From the IMG/VR virus record IMGVR_UViG_3300047157_000170: a DNA stretch of 64,000 nucleotides; one strand, written 5' to 3'. Under the pieces are notes generated by a model. That model saw only the letters and a list, made by a program, of their open reading frames with translations, searched no databases and was not told the DNA's origin. The first letter of the stretch is position 1; each line of letters opens with the position of its first letter. Positions 8,766 through 17,209 of the stretch are shown in pieces. Position numbers and translations under genes: made by a program. This DNA is from an uncultured virus (IMG/VR IMGVR_UViG_3300047157_000170) (lineage: Duplodnaviria > Heunggongvirae > Uroviricota > Caudoviricetes).

Positions 8766-9355
8766 GTGGATGCAAGATTTGGATATGAATCATACAAATT
8801 ATACTCTAGGGATTAAACTACATTACAATTCTGATTATGATTTTAATAGATACAATGGAAAAGTTAGTGCATCATTTGAGAGTTATCTCAAAAGGAACGA
8901 TAAGTTCCAATTTGCAAAACTTAGGAAACAACACAATGGACAACTTAAGGATTTCTACATATCAAACTTCATGTACAAGGACTTTTGGGTAGGAGATTTA
9001 TTTGGTGAAGAAGCAAAACAAAACTATACAGAGTGGAAAAAATACAACCAGTCTCTTCTCTACTCTTTCGAGAAAGATATCAGACATCTTAACTCACTTG
9101 AAGGAAAACTGGACAATCTATTTAATACTAACGACTTCTAGTCATCCTATCATTGTCCAGTGTCTTTTATCCAAGTCCATATCATTTGGAACAGGAGTAT
9201 TACTTGACTCCCTTATTGGATGGAGTTCCCGCTTAAACATATCAGAACAATATGTCTGGCCAGAAGTTAAACAGAGATTGCAAAAGACTCAAGGGTTTAT
9301 CGGATACAATAACGATACATTAAAGAAAAAGGTATTAGAAATATATGACTTTTGA
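8766..9355 (+). CDS. 59: Helicase loader gp59 (two probable sequencing frameshifts, near 8805 and 9135)
   Basis: Reconstructed YESYKLYLGIKLHYNSDYDFNRYNGKV...KRNDKFQF.KL...SLLYSFEKD...HPII; position before gp32. Confidence 0.85.
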
Positions 9356-10151
9356 CACATATGAACCTACAGTAAATGAAATGATGGATATTGATAATGC
9401 AATGTCGTATTTAAACCTCTCAGAGGGTCGTACTGCATACATTATAGGTAATGGTCAGTCTAGGATAGGATTAGACCTAACGACTCTTAATGGGGATATA
9501 TGGGGGTGTAATGCACTGTATCGTGACTATGAACCAGACTATCTAACCATTATAGATGTCAGTATCATGGGTGAGTGTTGTGAATCACAATATCCAAAAT
9601 ACAACAAATGTTACTTCTCTGGGGAATGGGATGACCCATTAGGATTTGAAGAATACAATGTGATTAAAGGAACAATGGGTGTACCAGTAAGAGAGTGGAT
9701 AGACCCAAGTCATTCTAAAGTGACTATGCATGGAAAAGGTAATGGGAATGTAGGTATCCTAGAAATGCAAGCAATAGGAATAGAGGATGACTATAAGATT
9801 TCAAAGATAGGTGGCCCTCCAGAGGATTACCATCTATTTGAGAATTGGTTCGCAGGTACTACTGCAGCTGCAATGGCATCTATGAACCATGACTACGATA
9901 ATGTAGTCTTTGTCGGATTTGATTCTATTTGGAATTACGATTCGACTAAATATAATAACATCTATGCTGGAACTCGATGTTATGGGACAGAAGACGACCC
10001 AGAGAACAACAGACTTGTTGAGACTGGTGACCAAGGTTGGATATCCCAGACAGAACAACTAAAGATTTTAGTTGACAGATTCCAAAACATAGACTATTAT
10101 ATAATGAAGGATGAATTAAGTATTACTTCTTTAGAAAGATACTTAGTTTAA
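9345..10151 (+). CDS. Conserved phage protein with IIGNG.SR / GCNALYRD motifs (MptE/DUF115-like fold, uncertain)
   Basis: AYIIGNGQSR, IWGCNALYRDYEPDYL, VFVGFD, YNNIYAGT. Confidence 0.6.
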   Translation: MTFDTYEPTVNEMMDIDNAMSYLNLSEGRTAYIIGNGQSRIGLDLTTLNGDIWGCNALYRDYEPDYLTIIDVSIMGECCESQYPKYNKCYFSGEWDDPLGFEEYNVIKGTMGVPVREWIDPSHSKVTMHGKGNGNVGILEMQAIGIEDDYKISKIGGPPEDYHLFENWFAGTTAAAMASMNHDYDNVVFVGFDSIWNYDSTKYNNIYAGTRCYGTEDDPENNRLVETGDQGWISQTEQLKILVDRFQNIDYYIMKDELSITSLERYLV

Positions 10152-10195
10152 TACAATAATAAAATGCAATACAATGCTAATACGAGGATAAAATT

Positions 10196-11089
10196 ATGTC
10201 ATTTCAAGACTTAAAAAAATCACGAGGTGGATTCGACACCTTACAGAAATCACTAGAACAATCATCTAGTGGAACTGAAACTAAATCATACAATGATGAC
10301 CGATACTGGAAAATCGACTTAGATAAGACTGGTAATGGTTATGCAGTTGTAAGATTCTTACCAGCATCACAGAACGAGGATATGCCTTGGGTTCAATACT
10401 TTGACCATGGTTTCCAAGGGCCAGGTGGATGGTACATTGAGAAGTCTTTAACGACTCTTAATGAGAAAGACCCAGTATCAGAACACAATACTGAATTGTG
10501 GAACTCTGGTCTTGAGTCAAACAAGGATATAGCAAGGAAACAGAAAAGAAGGTTGCACTATGTGTCAAACATTCTTGTAGTTTCTGACCCTACACATCCA
10601 GAGAATGAAGGTAAAGTATTCCTATTTAGATATGGGAAGAAAATCTTCGAAATGTTGAAAGACAAAATGCAACCACAGTTTCAAGATGAAACACCAGTAA
10701 ATCCTTTTGATTTATGGGAAGGTGCAGACTTTAAAATCAAAGTTCGTAAAGTAGATGGATACTGGAACTATGATAAATCAGAGTTTGCAACTCCAAAACC
10801 ATTATCAGATGATGAGGCACGAATGGAAGCAGTCTGGAATAGTCAACATTCATTAAAAGATGTTATTGGTGCAGACCAGTTTAAATCTTACGATGAACTG
10901 AAACAAAAACTCGACAGAGTTTTAGGAATGACAGCATCTACATCAACTGCAGCTTCGGTTGCATCTGATATGGACGATGTTGCATATCCAAGTCCAGAAC
11001 CAACAGTTGCAGAACCTACTACTGTATCAACAGATGTAGAGGAAGATGAGACACTCTCATATTTCCAAAAACTTGCAAATGATGTGTAA
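10196..11089 (+). CDS. 32: Single-stranded DNA-binding protein gp32
   Basis: DDRYWK...DKTGNGYAVVRFLP, HGFQGPGGWYIE, FRYGKKIF, NPFDLWEGADFK; acidic tail. Confidence 0.97.
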   Translation: MSFQDLKKSRGGFDTLQKSLEQSSSGTETKSYNDDRYWKIDLDKTGNGYAVVRFLPASQNEDMPWVQYFDHGFQGPGGWYIEKSLTTLNEKDPVSEHNTELWNSGLESNKDIARKQKRRLHYVSNILVVSDPTHPENEGKVFLFRYGKKIFEMLKDKMQPQFQDETPVNPFDLWEGADFKIKVRKVDGYWNYDKSEFATPKPLSDDEARMEAVWNSQHSLKDVIGADQFKSYDELKQKLDRVLGMTASTSTAASVASDMDDVAYPSPEPTVAEPTTVSTDVEEDETLSYFQKLANDV

Positions 11090-11116
11090 GGATTGTCAAT
11101 TCTAATCTATTTGAAT

Positions 11117-11124
11117 TATAAATA
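11117..11124 (+). promoter_or_regulatory. T4-type late promoter ahead of a structured intergenic region
   Basis: TATAAATA. Confidence 0.6.
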
Positions 11125-11129
11125 TACTA

Positions 11130-11292
11130 TGCAGTAATAGAATTGACTTAGGGGGCTGAGTAACCACTTGACTCAGAGAATGTACCAAGTAGGCTGGTTG
11201 AGGTTTGGGTACATACATCGTGGTAAGATATCAAATGCGGCAGTGTGATATCGGTTAGGTAGCGGGTCTACAAAGAGGGGCTAATCTAACAA
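11130..11292 (+). ncRNA. Candidate four-hairpin ncRNA or structured leader
   Basis: Stems CTGAGT/ACTCAG, ATGTACC/GGTACAT, GATATCA/TGATATC, GTTAGGTAGC/GCTAATCTAAC; GC-richer than flanks; no long ORF. Confidence 0.5.
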
Positions 11293-11314
11293 CTTTATAT
11301 TATGGAAAATTCTT

Positions 11315-11521
11315 ATGACAAAGCAATGGCATGGTGGGAAGGGTTCAAAACAACGCCCATCAGAAGGTACAGTCTATCAAGACAATTGGGAAAAGATATT
11401 TGGTAAGAAAGAACCAAAGGTAAAGTCACATAAGAAAACACCTAAACATGGACTGACTCAAGTCCACAAAGATAAAACTAAAACTATTCCAAGAAAAGAA
11501 AAGTATTCTACCCTAGACTAG
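11315..11521 (+). CDS. Small basic hypothetical protein
   Basis: WHGGKGS..RP...Y.DNWE.IFG motif, recalled from marine phages. Confidence 0.7.
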   Translation: MTKQWHGGKGSKQRPSEGTVYQDNWEKIFGKKEPKVKSHKKTPKHGLTQVHKDKTKTIPRKEKYSTLD

Positions 11522-13467
11522 GGTAATGAAGTGCAGAATGCCTCATCATTTGTGAACCAGTTGCATTGAATCTTTTTATATTATTACTAACTCTATTACT
11601 TACTTGAGGTGCAACAACAACATTGTTATTTTGTCCTTGAGGTTGGGTAGTACTAGTTGGTGATACATCGGTTGCAGTTACATTTGCATTGAAGTTTAAA
11701 TCCACATTTTTCATGTCCTTAAGTGCTTCTGTAATTTTCTCAAGATGTTCAACTTTTTTGTCTGTTATACTACCTAGTCCTTTACCTATTTGTAGAATAC
11801 CATCACCTACCATACCTAACTTTGTACCAAGGTCAGCAGCTAACTGTAATTGAGACAGTTTTTTGAGTTCACCAGAGAAGTCTTCACCAGTCCATCCACG
11901 AATTAAATCACCACTAAAGAGACCACCTTTCTCACCATCTGGTAGTTTTGGGAATTCAAATCCTTTTAATGCAGTTTTTAGACTAGTAATATTATTGATT
12001 TTTTCAGACATGTCACCAGCATATGAACCTAGTGCAGTCTGATAATTCTGTTAGTGGATGGTCAGAAAGTGCTTGTGCTATAATACCACGACCACCACTT
12101 ATATCCATTAATTCATCTATATCTCCACTTATACTTGCAAGTTGTTGAATGTTTTGTTTGATTCTAGGGACATTCATGGTTTCAAATGGTAGAATAGAAG
12201 TTGCAAATTCACCTAGTCCTTTACCAATTACAACTAAAGTACCAATCAATGCCATAACAGCTATTGCACCAACACCCATAATCAATGCACCAACACCAGT
12301 AGTCACAATTGCACCAAGAACTCCCATTAGAGTTGCAAGACCTAACATACTACCAAGAACTTTGAGCATGTTAACTTTACCAAACTCTTTCATTCCTTCG
12401 AATGCACCCATCTTTTGACCTAATGCAAATGAACCAAAAATACCAGTAAGACCAACACCTAGTGCAAGACCACCAACTGCTAATGCACCAGAAAATTTAA
12501 ACGCTGCAGTTGCAAATGCACTCATACCAACAGCAGCTGCAGATAATCCAGCACCAGCAGCCACACCAGTTGCAGCTGCAACTCCTAAGAAAATTGATGC
12601 AGCTCTGAATGAACCACCACCTTGAGAATCTTCACCTTCTGGAGCATCGTCTGGTGCAGACGCAGCTGTTGTACCACTTTGAACCATAGTCTGTTTGACT
12701 TGGTTTCTAGCAATTTTTTCTTGTCTCTTATCATTTCTTATTGCAAGTTGCAAGTTCGTTTTGTCAATCTTATCTTGTTTTTTTCTATCAAAGATATTTC
12801 TTTTTATAGACATTGCAATTCTAATTGCTATTGCAGATGCTTGCCTACCAATGAAGTTTAAGAGTGTTCCTAATAATGGTATTTGTTGCAAGAAACCACC
12901 AACAGGCCCAAGGAATGTCAATACTTTATCAAGGTCACCAGATAAATCTTGACCTACTGATTTGAATATTTCACCTTGAGTTAATTTACCACCTTCTTCA
13001 ACAGATTTTTTCAAGTCATCAAATTTACCACCAAAGATTTTTACTGTAGCTCTTTCGAAACCAGTTAGGTTTCTACCAAACTTTTGTTGTTCTTCGAGTT
13101 GTTTCTTTTCAATAATTAATCTTTCATATTCGGTATTACGAGTGAGGTCTTGATTAGTTTCTTTTGCAGTAGACTCCATTGCTTCTATTTTTGCATTAGT
13201 AGCTGCAAGTGCATCGGTTGTCATTGCAATTTGTTTAGCTGTTTGTTTACTAAAACCAAAGTTCTGTTCTAACATACCTTGATTTTTTGCCATAGTTTTG
13301 ACAGCATCAGATAAACCTTCTTGATTATCGATGTTCTTTTCGAACGCTTCTCTTGCCTTTTCTGAACCCTTAGTAGACTCTGCACGAGACTTTCTAAGTT
13401 CAGTAATGACTTTTTGTGCTATAGAGTTTTGCTCTTTTGCACTTAATCCTTTATCTTCGTCTGCCAT
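11508..13467 (-). CDS. Tape-measure-like / gp29-like protein (frameshift near 12012)
   Basis: ORFs 12013..13467 and 11508..12011 abut; helical, Ala/Gly-rich hydrophobic segments; NNVVVAP C-terminus; lies downstream of gp26/gp51. Confidence 0.6.
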
Positions 13468-13479
13468 AATACTATTTAT

Positions 13480-13863
13480 CTATTTGTCGTTGTTAGTGGA
13501 GTGTTCTTTTGCAGCTGAGTTGACATATAGTCCAAACCAAGCAGCTCCTGCTCCAACTAGAATACTGATAAGACCAGATTGTTCCATTGTTGGTGCTTCT
13601 AATCCTATGAACCACATTACTACATAGTATATTAAGAATATGTATACACTTAAGAATGCACGAGGCCATATTCTCCAACTATCTACTGCTCTTGCAGCGA
13701 ATATCCATTTTTGCCATGGATTAGTCTTATCATCATGTGTTAACTCAAATATTTGTTGTTTGAGGTCATTGTTTTCGGTAACCATCTCCATAAACTTACT
13801 TAAGTCTATTTCAACTTCATTACGACTCATGTCACCACTGAATCTTTCTCTATTCTCAGACAT
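13480..13863 (-). CDS. Two-TM membrane protein (possibly holin-like)
   Basis: DSWRIWPRAFL..YI...WF.....PT.EQSGLIS..VGAGAAWFGLY; GGAG RBS. Confidence 0.6.
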   Translation of the reverse strand: MSENRERFSGDMSRNEVEIDLSKFMEMVTENNDLKQQIFELTHDDKTNPWQKWIFAARAVDSWRIWPRAFLSVYIFLIYYVVMWFIGLEAPTMEQSGLISILVGAGAAWFGLYVNSAAKEHSTNNDK

Positions 13864-13884
13864 TATACTCTCCTATTCTATCTG

Positions 13885-14067
13885 TTATCTGTTCTGTTGT
13901 TGTTTCATCTTCAATTCTTCATCTTCAAGATGAGACACTAGTAGAGAGACATATATCTCCCTTTCCCAAGGATGCATATCATCCAGTTCGGTCAATGACC
14001 AATTGTGGTGTTGAATTAAACCAAAGTTTGTCTGAATGTAATTTGCAAGTGTTTCATGAGAAAGGGG
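13885..14067 (-). CDS. 51: Baseplate hub assembly protein gp51-like; no start codon of its own
   Basis: LSHETLANYIQTNFGLIQHHNWSLTELDDMHPWEREIYVSLL; begins right after the gp26 TAG. Confidence 0.8.
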   Translation of the reverse strand, partial: PLSHETLANYIQTNFGLIQHHNWSLTELDDMHPWEREIYVSLLVSHLEDEELKMKQQQNR

Positions 14068-14793
14068 CTAGACGAAAAAATTCTGAATTCCTTCTAGTTT
14101 TACCTCATTATGAGTACTACATTTACTACATTCAAACTCCACATTCTTTACCAGTTTTGGTAGTTCATTAAACCATTCCATCACATTATTGAATTGTTCA
14201 GTTGACAATTCGTTCATAAAATCATCTAATTCTTTTTCAGTAAAGTCACTTCTATTTTGAACTTCATCTTCTGTAAATACAGAGTCGATGGACATTGCAA
14301 GAATAGTAAATAAATCATTTGTACTGATTGTTGCTACATCCTCTACAATACCTTGCACCTCATTGAAGTTTGGAACTTTCAAAGTGATACCTATAGTGTC
14401 AGTTAACATTACTTTGTTATCCTTAACTTCACCTTCTACTTGAATAGAATTCAAGTCTACTTTTACAGGTGTTATTCCATCACATTCTGGTTGGTCTTTA
14501 CATCCCAACTGAATAGTAGTTTCTTCACCAACAGATTTAATCCTAATTTGCATAAACAAATATTCTAAATCTGTGTTTGATAGATGTCTAACTGAATCTC
14601 CAGATTCACTTAAACCACTACAACTTTCAACTAAGTTGATAACTGTATGTGCTATCGTTTTATTTTCACCATCCTCTAGTGCTTGAAGTAGTACCTTCTG
14701 TTCACCTACAGTGAAAGGTCGGTACTTTGCTTCAATACCAGATACAGGTAGTTTACAAAAATACTCTACAGTATTTAATTTAGGTAATGCCAT
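14068..14793 (-). CDS. 26: Baseplate hub subunit gp26
   Basis: MALPKL, YRPFTV.EQKVLL, DLEYLF.QIRIKSVGE, C..C...N.V.LEGIQNFF. Confidence 0.92.
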   Translation of the reverse strand: MALPKLNTVEYFCKLPVSGIEAKYRPFTVGEQKVLLQALEDGENKTIAHTVINLVESCSGLSESGDSVRHLSNTDLEYLFMQIRIKSVGEETTIQLGCKDQPECDGITPVKVDLNSIQVEGEVKDNKVMLTDTIGITLKVPNFNEVQGIVEDVATISTNDLFTILAMSIDSVFTEDEVQNRSDFTEKELDDFMNELSTEQFNNVMEWFNELPKLVKNVEFECSKCSTHNEVKLEGIQNFFV

Positions 14794-14809
14794 AATATAC
14801 TCCTATTGA

Positions 14810-15421
14810 TTATCCGAAGATTTTGTCTTCAATTTTACCTTTAATTTTATTTGAGAATTTACTTAAATGTTTATCCATGAAACCCATAAACAGGTTAGAT
14901 GGTTTAGAATTAGTAAACTCTCCATGCCAGTATCTATATCGAAACTGTGCATTAAATTTTGTTATATCTCCATTTTCATTTCCAAGATTAACTACACCTA
15001 GTTGTACAGGAAATGCATCGGTCATGACACACCTATAGTTAACATTATCTTGTTTGTCTAATGCCTCAACCATGATAATACCAGTGTAATCATCATGAAA
15101 TCTACTATGGAAATTACCTTCTGCATTTCCATTTATAGTAGACATCCACAATTCAATTAATTCTCTATCTTCAAAACTATTATCTAGTAAGAATGAACAA
15201 TCAAATGCATCATATTGTGGTTTATGTGGTATTGCTCTCTTAGGGCCATATTCTGATTCTTCTACTGTAAAGAAACCTTTGCCAGGCAATGTTGCAGATT
15301 CACATTTAATACCTCTGATACTAAGACCACCATTCTTTGCACCAGTACCAAACATTGCAACATTGTATCTATTACCTCGTTGTAAATTATCTATTTGTGC
15401 CTTAAATCTTTCTAATTTCAT
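14810..15421 (-). CDS. Tail-tube-like protein / tube initiator (gp54/gp19 family)
   Basis: R.NRY.V, CESATLPG, YGP.R..P, DAFPV.LG.V.L, F.YRYW. Confidence 0.75.
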   Translation of the reverse strand: MKLERFKAQIDNLQRGNRYNVAMFGTGAKNGGLSIRGIKCESATLPGKGFFTVEESEYGPKRAIPHKPQYDAFDCSFLLDNSFEDRELIELWMSTINGNAEGNFHSRFHDDYTGIIMVEALDKQDNVNYRCVMTDAFPVQLGVVNLGNENGDITKFNAQFRYRYWHGEFTNSKPSNLFMGFMDKHLSKFSNKIKGKIEDKIFG

Positions 15422-16002
15422 GCCATTTTTTTCCTACTTTCTTTCCAAACTGCATCCATACTTGATTTCTTGAATGACTCTGTTGGTAAAAATATTGCAA
15501 TTTCCCAATCTGCACTATCTACCTTTGCAAATGTACTTCTTACATGTGAAGATAGATAATGTTTGTAACATGCTTTATAAAATGGTTTACCTCTTATTTG
15601 TTTAAGTAAATCATATGTCAATCTAAATCTTGTTGTCTCATCATATTTATCATTATTTGTTGTATCATATAATGCATCTAAAAACTGAGCTCGTAATGAG
15701 TGAGGTAAATAATGCAGATTCAATCCATAAAATCCACCTTTAGCAGGTTCTACTGGTATACACAAGGGAAACCTATCATAATAAGGTAAGGTTTTTTTGT
15801 GTTTTGGGTCGTACATATACATGTACATATCACCAAAGATTTGTCTTTTTCGTTGAGTTGCATCCCTCAGTAGTTCTTGTCTACTTACACCTTTAATTGT
15901 GGATACTCGTTGTTTGAACCATCTCATGGACTCTTTAGTCCTTGCTTGGATACCACCACGAAAAGCTTCTCGTTCTAATTTATCAAATAGTTTACCTGCC
16001 AT
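15418..16002 (-). CDS. 2: DNA end protector gp2
   Basis: YMYDPKHK.TLPYYDRFPL...GFYGLNLHYLP...C.KHYL...WEIAIFLP.E.F.K. Confidence 0.95.
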   Translation of the reverse strand: MAGKLFDKLEREAFRGGIQARTKESMRWFKQRVSTIKGVSRQELLRDATQRKRQIFGDMYMYMYDPKHKKTLPYYDRFPLCIPVEPAKGGFYGLNLHYLPHSLRAQFLDALYDTTNNDKYDETTRFRLTYDLLKQIRGKPFYKACYKHYLSSHVRSTFAKVDSADWEIAIFLPTESFKKSSMDAVWKESRKKMA

Positions 16003-16007
16003 ATATG

Positions 16008-16015
16008 TATTTATA
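16008..16015 (-). promoter_or_regulatory. Late promoter for gp2, 5 nt before ATG
   Basis: TATAAATA on the minus strand. Confidence 0.75.
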
Positions 16016-16020
16016 CCACA

Positions 16021-16050
16021 TTGACAAGTAGGTACATTTTTTTGTATAAT
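16021..16050 (+). promoter_or_regulatory. Sigma70-type early promoter
   Basis: TTGACA-N18-TATAAT; the spacer contains GTAGGTACATT. Confidence 0.8.
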
Positions 16051-16081
16051 ATATGTATAGAGTGAGTTAACAAAGGAGAAA

Positions 16082-16408
16082 ATGAGATACCACGAAAACT
16101 ACCAAGAAATCGAAAAGAATTTTAACAAGGTTGTTAAGACTGATAGCACTGTAGAGTTCATCTACAAAGGGTTTATCTTACATAGAAAGAGAGACGCTGG
16201 TTGGGGTTATACTTACTACGATATACACAATGAGTTCAATCCAATGTTTGCACAATCTCAAATCAAAGGCCCTAAATTGTGGGGTGATGATATGAAAGAT
16301 GCAAAAAGAGCTGTTGATGAGTTAATTCAACTTGCATGTGGTGAAAGAAGTGACTACAGTTTAATACAAGATTTTGACTTCGATGTAGTAGAAAGAATTT
16401 GGGGATAA
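16082..16408 (+). CDS. Hypothetical early protein inserted in the late region
   Basis: AAGGAG RBS, own sigma70 promoter, opposite strand to its neighbours. Confidence 0.75.
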   Translation: MRYHENYQEIEKNFNKVVKTDSTVEFIYKGFILHRKRDAGWGYTYYDIHNEFNPMFAQSQIKGPKLWGDDMKDAKRAVDELIQLACGERSDYSLIQDFDFDVVERIWG

Positions 16409-16456
16409 TATTTTAATAAGTGAGGTATGAGGAAAAATGACATAGAATAAAGTAAC

Positions 16457-16544
16457 GGCGAGTTAGTCTCTAGATGTCGAAAGAGACACGACCCCACCTT
16501 GGGTAGATATTGAAGGTTCGCAACCTTCCCCAGAGGTGGGTTTT
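16457..16544 (+). ncRNA. Structured intergenic element with a tRNA T-arm-like hairpin
   Basis: GTCTCT/AGAGAC stem; CCCACCT-TGGG/CCCA-GAGGTGGG stem enclosing GAAGGTTCGCAACCTTC. Confidence 0.35.
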
Positions 16545-16584
16545 AAAAACCCAGAATGAAACATAAGAACCCTCTGGGTTTTTT
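16545..16584. terminator. Probable bidirectional intrinsic terminator
   Basis: AAAAACCCAGA-N17-TCTGGGTTTTTT between convergent genes. Confidence 0.55.
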
Positions 16585-16585
16585 A

Positions 16586-16735
16586 TTATATAATAGACAA
16601 TACTACATATATCAATAAGGATACAGTTCCAAGAAAACTTGCACCAAGAATCAATCCAGTAATAAAGATATTCATAGGTGTAGGGTCAAAGTCTTCCTTA
16701 GTACCCAATCCCAATAATAGTTTTAATATAATCAT
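16586..16735 (-). CDS. Small membrane protein (49 aa)
   Basis: MIILKLLLGLGTKEDFDPTPMNIFITGLILGASFLGTVSLLIYVVLSII; ATGA overlap with the gp4 stop. Confidence 0.55.
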   Translation of the reverse strand: MIILKLLLGLGTKEDFDPTPMNIFITGLILGASFLGTVSLLIYVVLSII

Positions 16736-17166
16736 TTCGGTACTAAGTGGTCTTCTGTTAATATTCTAAATTTATATCCTCTATCCAGACAATACTCTCT
16801 AGCTGCATCCCATTTACATTCATTGATTGCATAAGTTCTTGCCTCACGAAGATACTTACCATAGTGTTTACCTTTCTTACTAGGTCGTTTACATTGTGAC
16901 TTAGGTTTGACCTCTATTATCTCTTGAATCATCTTACCATCATATTGTTTGTATTTAATCCAGAAGTCTGGGTAATATCGATGGACTTTATTGTCAATAG
17001 AACGATAAGGTATCACAATCTCTTCACTACTCCATTCTAGAATAGAATCATTCTTATCACAATACTTCATAAACCTCAATTCCCACATAGAACGATATAT
17101 GACTTTTGTGGGGTCACCTTTATACTTTTTATATTGTTTTGGTTTGAATCTTCCCTTGTAACTCAT
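16732..17166 (-). CDS. 4: Head completion nuclease gp4
   Basis: YKGRFKP....KYKGDP..VIYRS.WE..FM..CD....I.EWSSEE..IPY...HRYYPDF...EVKP...KW.AA...F.ILTE. Confidence 0.95.
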   Translation of the reverse strand: MSYKGRFKPKQYKKYKGDPTKVIYRSMWELRFMKYCDKNDSILEWSSEEIVIPYRSIDNKVHRYYPDFWIKYKQYDGKMIQEIIEVKPKSQCKRPSKKGKHYGKYLREARTYAINECKWDAAREYCLDRGYKFRILTEDHLVPK

Positions 17167-17209
17167 ATAAATACCTTATACATAACTAAATCTATAGAGA
17201 GTATTTATA
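17167..17209. promoter_or_regulatory. Pair of opposed late promoters for gp48 (+) and gp4 (-)
   Basis: TATAAATA at 17167-17174 (+) and TATTTATA at 17202-17209 (-). Confidence 0.7.

Noticed and set aside
16457..16535. Canonical tRNA gene
   Set aside because: Acceptor stem does not pair, there is no standard anticodon arm, and the T-loop is TTCGCAA; kept only as a tRNA-like candidate
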